Shown: positions 60,490 to 64,000 of the stretch, one piece after another | How positions within the stretch are numbered: the stretch's first letter is position 1 | Layout: each line of letters starts with the position of its first letter | Source of the DNA: Anaerolineae bacterium | GTDB taxonomy: Bacteria; Chloroflexota; Anaerolineae; J102 | Direction of reading: 5' to 3' | DNA: 64,000 bases | Assembly (NCBI GenBank): GCA_026991225.1 | Contig: JALXCB010000044.1 | Location: 6,490 to 70,489, forward strand | Made by a program: the position numbers and the translations under genes | Notes under the pieces: generated by a model | Told to the model about the DNA's origin: nothing | The model's database searches: none | Seen by the model: only the letters and a program-made list of their open reading frames with translations

Positions 60490-61506
60490 TCACGACCTGC
60501 TACCCGTCACCCTTTTCCGCATATTCACCAGCACCACAAAGGGTTTGAAACCAAAATCGTACAGGGCCTCGATCGCGGGTTGTTGGTAGTCGTAGAGGAT
60601 GGCGTTGACGGGGCGGTCGGGATACGCCTGGAGATAGCGCAGGGCCCGGGCCAGGAGCGGCCTGCTCCACGCCTCGCGCAGGTCGGGATGAAGGAGAATG
60701 TCGATGCGATGCTCGTTGTAGGTGAGCACGTCCACATCCACCACTCCCGCCAACTCTGACCCCAGGAACAAGCCCCATCGCACCTTGTGCCCCACCCGCA
60801 ACAGGCGGCTCAGACGGCGTTGAATGCCCGAGGAGCTGCTGTTACGGAATCCGGCAGACCGGGTGGGAAGCCACCAGCGCGCGAGTTCGGGCAGCGCCCG
60901 GCTCGACAGATGGCGCACATGCCGCCAGTCCTCATCGCTCAGCAGACGCAGTTCGACATCCTCGGAGGGCAAGGGGATGGCCGGAACGTCGGGGATGAAC
61001 GGGATTTGCAGGCGGTGTTCGACCATGATCTCGGCGAAGCTCAACCGCTGATACATGCCCCGGGCGATGGCGTTATCCTCCCTCACCTGCAACACGGCCC
61101 ACGCCCCGCCCTGCCGGGCGATATAGTCCAGGGTGAGGCGCATGAGCTCGCTGGCGATGCCGCGGCCGCGATAGCCTTTTTTCACCGCCACGTTGGCGAT
61201 GATGTAGCGCGACGGGAACTGGGGGATGCGCTGCACCGTCACATTGCCCACGATCCGGCCATCCTCCACCCACACGAAGCCATTGAGGATGTCGTTGGGG
61301 CGCTGGCCCGGAGGCGCCAACAGGCCCAGCACCGGACTCAGAAACGCTGTCATGCGCAGCTCTCGCAACGCGGCCCAGCCCGCCGCATCCAGCTCCGGCC
61401 CGAACGCCTCCTCGATGAGCGCGGCCACCTGTCGCAGGTCGCGGCGGATATCCAGCGGCCGCGGGCCCGATTCCCCTTTCGCGGCGGTGAGGATCATGCT
61501 CGCCAT
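60490..61506 (-). CDS. GNAT-family N-acetyltransferase (two-domain)
   Basis: IANVAVKKGYRGRGIASELM acetyl-CoA-binding motif. Confidence 0.7.
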   Translation of the reverse strand: MASMILTAAKGESGPRPLDIRRDLRQVAALIEEAFGPELDAAGWAALRELRMTAFLSPVLGLLAPPGQRPNDILNGFVWVEDGRIVGNVTVQRIPQFPSRYIIANVAVKKGYRGRGIASELMRLTLDYIARQGGAWAVLQVREDNAIARGMYQRLSFAEIMVEHRLQIPFIPDVPAIPLPSEDVELRLLSDEDWRHVRHLSSRALPELARWWLPTRSAGFRNSSSSGIQRRLSRLLRVGHKVRWGLFLGSELAGVVDVDVLTYNEHRIDILLHPDLREAWSRPLLARALRYLQAYPDRPVNAILYDYQQPAIEALYDFGFKPFVVLVNMRKRVTGSRS

Positions 61507-61507
61507 G

Positions 61508-62671
61508 TCAGCTTTCGCCTATCAGAATGTGGGTGAGGATGGTGGCGCCCGAGCCGCCGATATTCTGAGTCATGGCGATGTGCGCGTGGTCGAGCTGGTT
61601 CGCGCCCGCCTCGCCCCGCAACTGCATCACCGCCTCCACGATCTGATACACGCCCGTGGCGCCCACGGGATGCCCCCGGGCCTTGAGCCCGCCCATGGTG
61701 TTGATGGGCAGCCGCCCGTCCCGGGCCAGCGCGCCCGACGCGGCCAGCTCCAGAGCCTTACCGCGAGGCGCGAAGCCGCTGGCCTCCAGCGACAGCGCCG
61801 CCATGATGCTGAACGCGTCGTGCAGCTCGAAGAAATCGATATCGTTGGGGGTGACGCCCGCCAGGGTGTAGGCTTTGTGGCTGGAAATGTAGGCGGCCTC
61901 CAGCCACAGCGGGTCGTGACGGTCGTGCACGGCCAGGGTATCGGTAGCGGAAACGGACGCAGCCACCCGCACCAGCCGCTTTCCTCGCCCGAACTCCCGC
62001 GCCTGCTCGTAGGGCATGAGCACCACTGCGGCCGCGCCGTCGCAGATGGGCGAGCTGTCCATGATGTTGATGGGCGGCGCCACAGCCGGGGCTTTTTCGT
62101 AGCGTTCGGGGGTGAGCTTGAGGTGGAACATGGCGTTGGGATTGCCCAACGCGTTCTCGTGAGCGATGATGGGGAAGGGCGCGAAGTCGACCTTGGTCAC
62201 GCCGTATTCATACATATAGCGGCGCATGATCATGGCGTTCAGGGCGACGAAGGTCGCGCCCTCCGCGGCCTCGTAATCCTGATCCGCGGCCATAGCCAGG
62301 CCCGCGGTGGTCTCCGCGGGCAGGGTGTCGGTCATCTTCTCCACCCCGGTCACGATGACCGTATCCGCCATGCCGCTGGCCACGGCCAACACGCCCACGC
62401 GCATGGCCGCCGCGCCCGAAGCGCAGGCCGCCTCGATCTTGGCCGCCTCGATGCCGCGCAGCCCCGTGAAATCCGCGATGAGCGTGGCCAGATGCTCCTG
62501 ACCGCTGAGCTCGCCCGAGAGCATATTGCCCACATAGAGCGCGTCTGCGGTCTCGATGCCCGCGTCCGCCATGGCCGCATGAATCGCGTCATGGCCCAGA
62601 TGGCGCAGGGATTGGTTCCACAACTCGCCCACGGGCGTTTGTCCGATGCCTACGATAGCGACGTCTCTCAT
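61508..62671 (-). CDS. thiolase-domain protein (archaeal-type acetoacetyl-CoA thiolase)
   Basis: MRDVAIVGIGQTP...AACASGAAAMR catalytic Cys region; sits next to HMG-CoA synthase. Confidence 0.85.
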   Translation of the reverse strand: MRDVAIVGIGQTPVGELWNQSLRHLGHDAIHAAMADAGIETADALYVGNMLSGELSGQEHLATLIADFTGLRGIEAAKIEAACASGAAAMRVGVLAVASGMADTVIVTGVEKMTDTLPAETTAGLAMAADQDYEAAEGATFVALNAMIMRRYMYEYGVTKVDFAPFPIIAHENALGNPNAMFHLKLTPERYEKAPAVAPPINIMDSSPICDGAAAVVLMPYEQAREFGRGKRLVRVAASVSATDTLAVHDRHDPLWLEAAYISSHKAYTLAGVTPNDIDFFELHDAFSIMAALSLEASGFAPRGKALELAASGALARDGRLPINTMGGLKARGHPVGATGVYQIVEAVMQLRGEAGANQLDHAHIAMTQNIGGSGATILTHILIGES

Positions 62672-62796
62672 AAAAGCATTGTCCTTTGACTTTGTTGCGT
62701 TTGAATGCACTTGCAAAGGACATCAAACGTCATGCGCTGGTTGACTGACAAATCTTGAGGCTTTCCTTTCCGACCGTATTCACCGAGTAAACTCGG

Positions 62797-62960
62797 GTAA
62801 CTGCTAAGGTATCGCCACCACTTTTTGCCACGAAGACACGAAGAAAAGCCAAGGCACGACGTATTTTTCTTGATTTTTCCTTCGTGTCTTCGAAAAACTT
62901 CGAGCCTTCGTGGCTTTTGGCGGCCTAAAGTCAAGTACGTTAGCAGTTACAAACTCGGGC
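62797..62960. mobile_element. MITE-A copy with TSD AAACTCGG, inserted in a family-F repeat between HMGCS and thiolase
   Basis: TSD 62789-62796 = 62961-62968; the uninterrupted family-F copy at 45225-45360 has a single AAACTCGG. Confidence 0.85.
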
Positions 62961-63195
62961 TCTTTAGGCGCTTCGCGCCTGTGGTCGACCTTCGTCGACC
63001 TGATTTCCATCATGAACATGGACGGCGGAGGCCGTCCACTGGCCGCAGGCCTGGAATGGTACGACTTCAGTCGACAGCATAGGCGACCACAGCAGACCAA
63101 AACGCGTTTTGTCAGCCAATCAGCGTCATGCGTCAAACGTCAAAGAACAGCAACGGAGCGCCTCTGATGACGTTTGACGTTTTACGTTTGACGCC

Positions 63196-64000
63196 TTACT
63201 TCATTTTGATTTTTCCGCGGAAGCGGAGGTAGGTGGCATAGTCGATGACGACCCGCCGGTCGATGTATTGCTTCGTGGTGGGGGCCAGATGACGGCGCTC
63301 CTCGATCTTCTCCGTCACCTCCAGGGAGATGGCGTCGCTGCCCGCGCCCGACCCGAAGGAGACGACCAGGATGCGGTCGCCCGGCTGCGCCTCATCCAGC
63401 ACCGCGGTGAGACCCACCAGCGACGCGCCCGAATAGGTGTTGCCGATGACGCCCGACAGCAGGCCCGTCTCCACCTGCTCCGGCTTGAACCCCAGCATCT
63501 TCGCCGCCCGGCTGGGGAATTTGACGTTGGGCTGGTGCAGGATGACGTAGCGGTAATCGGCCGCGGTGCGGTTCATCTGCTCCATCAGCAGCCTGCCCGC
63601 GGTGACCACGTGCTCGAAATAAGCAGGGTCGCCTGTAAAGCGCATGCCGTGGGAGGGATACTCTGCGCCGGGACGCCGCCAGAAGTCGGGCGTGTCGGTG
63701 ACGTAGGAGAGGGAGCCCTCGAAGCGGGCCAGAGCCTCATGGGCCGGGCCGATGATCAGGGCCGCGCCCCCCGCGGCCGCGGTGTATTCCAGCGCGTCAC
63801 CCGGGCGGCCCTGTGCGGTGTCTGCACCGATGCCCATGGCGTAATCGGCCATGCCCGAGCCCACCAGGCCCACCGCGGCGATGATCGCCTCGGTACCCGC
63901 CTTGCATGCGAACTCCCAGTCACCCGCCTGCAGCAGGGGCACGGCGTCGATGGCCTCGGCCACGATGGTGGAGGTGGGTTTCACTGCGTAGGGGTGGCTT
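63196..64000 (-). CDS. hydroxymethylglutaryl-CoA synthase, archaeal type (N-terminus beyond window end)
   Basis: C-terminal region ...[20 protein letters not shown]...SFGSGAGSD typical of archaeal-type HMGCS; frame stays open to nt 64000. Confidence 0.8.
   Translation of the reverse strand, partial: SHPYAVKPTSTIVAEAIDAVPLLQAGDWEFACKAGTEAIIAAVGLVGSGMADYAMGIGADTAQGRPGDALEYTAAAGGAALIIGPAHEALARFEGSLSYVTDTPDFWRRPGAEYPSHGMRFTGDPAYFEHVVTAGRLLMEQMNRTAADYRYVILHQPNVKFPSRAAKMLGFKPEQVETGLLSGVIGNTYSGASLVGLTAVLDEAQPGDRILVVSFGSGAGSDAISLEVTEKIEERRHLAPTTKQYIDRRVVIDYATYLRFRGKIKMK

Noticed and set aside
62825-63082. Short ORFs encoding MPRRHEEKxRHDVFF..FPSCLRKTSSLRGF-like peptides (also 52274-52507, 59573-59989, 24087-24455, 27651-28040, 32157-32351, 8737-9006)
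   Set aside because: They are translations of MITE-A copies (both orientations). They recur only because the DNA repeat recurs, and they are interrupted differently in each copy.

Overview
High-GC (~65%) bacterial chromosomal segment, most consistent with a Chloroflexota-type genome (archaeal-type HMG-CoA synthase/thiolase pair, cofactor-independent archaeal-type phosphoglycerate mutase, GT39 membrane glycosyltransferases, LVIVD beta-propeller proteins, PBP1A with a long C-terminal extension). I call about 57 protein-coding genes and 3 tRNAs (Met-CAT, Gly-TCC, Pro-TGG). Recognisable content: pdxS/pdxT, split methylmalonyl-CoA mutase with MeaB, prs, cysS, rlmB, csp, sodA, moeA, surE, lrp, apgM, an orphan MalK/UgpC-like ABC ATPase, yjbQ, a cell-envelope glycosylation gene set (GT2, two GT39, GtrA, GT4, DUF92), a DUF1501/DUF1800 Tat-secreted pair, and five toxin-antitoxin modules (two VapBC, HicAB, HEPN/MNT, plus a housekeeping PIN-TRAM protein). 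Two things stand out beyond ordinary annotation. First, a tandem array of three paralogous secreted LVIVD-repeat genes (after a fourth partial one) whose intergenic regions are built from copy-number-variable minisatellites, including stacked TTGACA-containing 14-mers. Second, a dense population of small non-coding repeat elements. The best defined is a ~130-165 bp MITE-like element with GTAACTGCTAAGGT terminal inverted repeats and clear 8-bp target-site duplications. It has 8 copies, one nested inside another. Two copies supply the stop codon of host genes, one has displaced the promoter region of tRNA-Pro, and several are inserted into members of other repeat families. At least six further modular REP-like repeat families, and a CACTGA(W)TA heptamer array placed immediately 5' of several start codons, are also present. 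Many long antisense ORFs in the six-frame track are high-GC artefacts.
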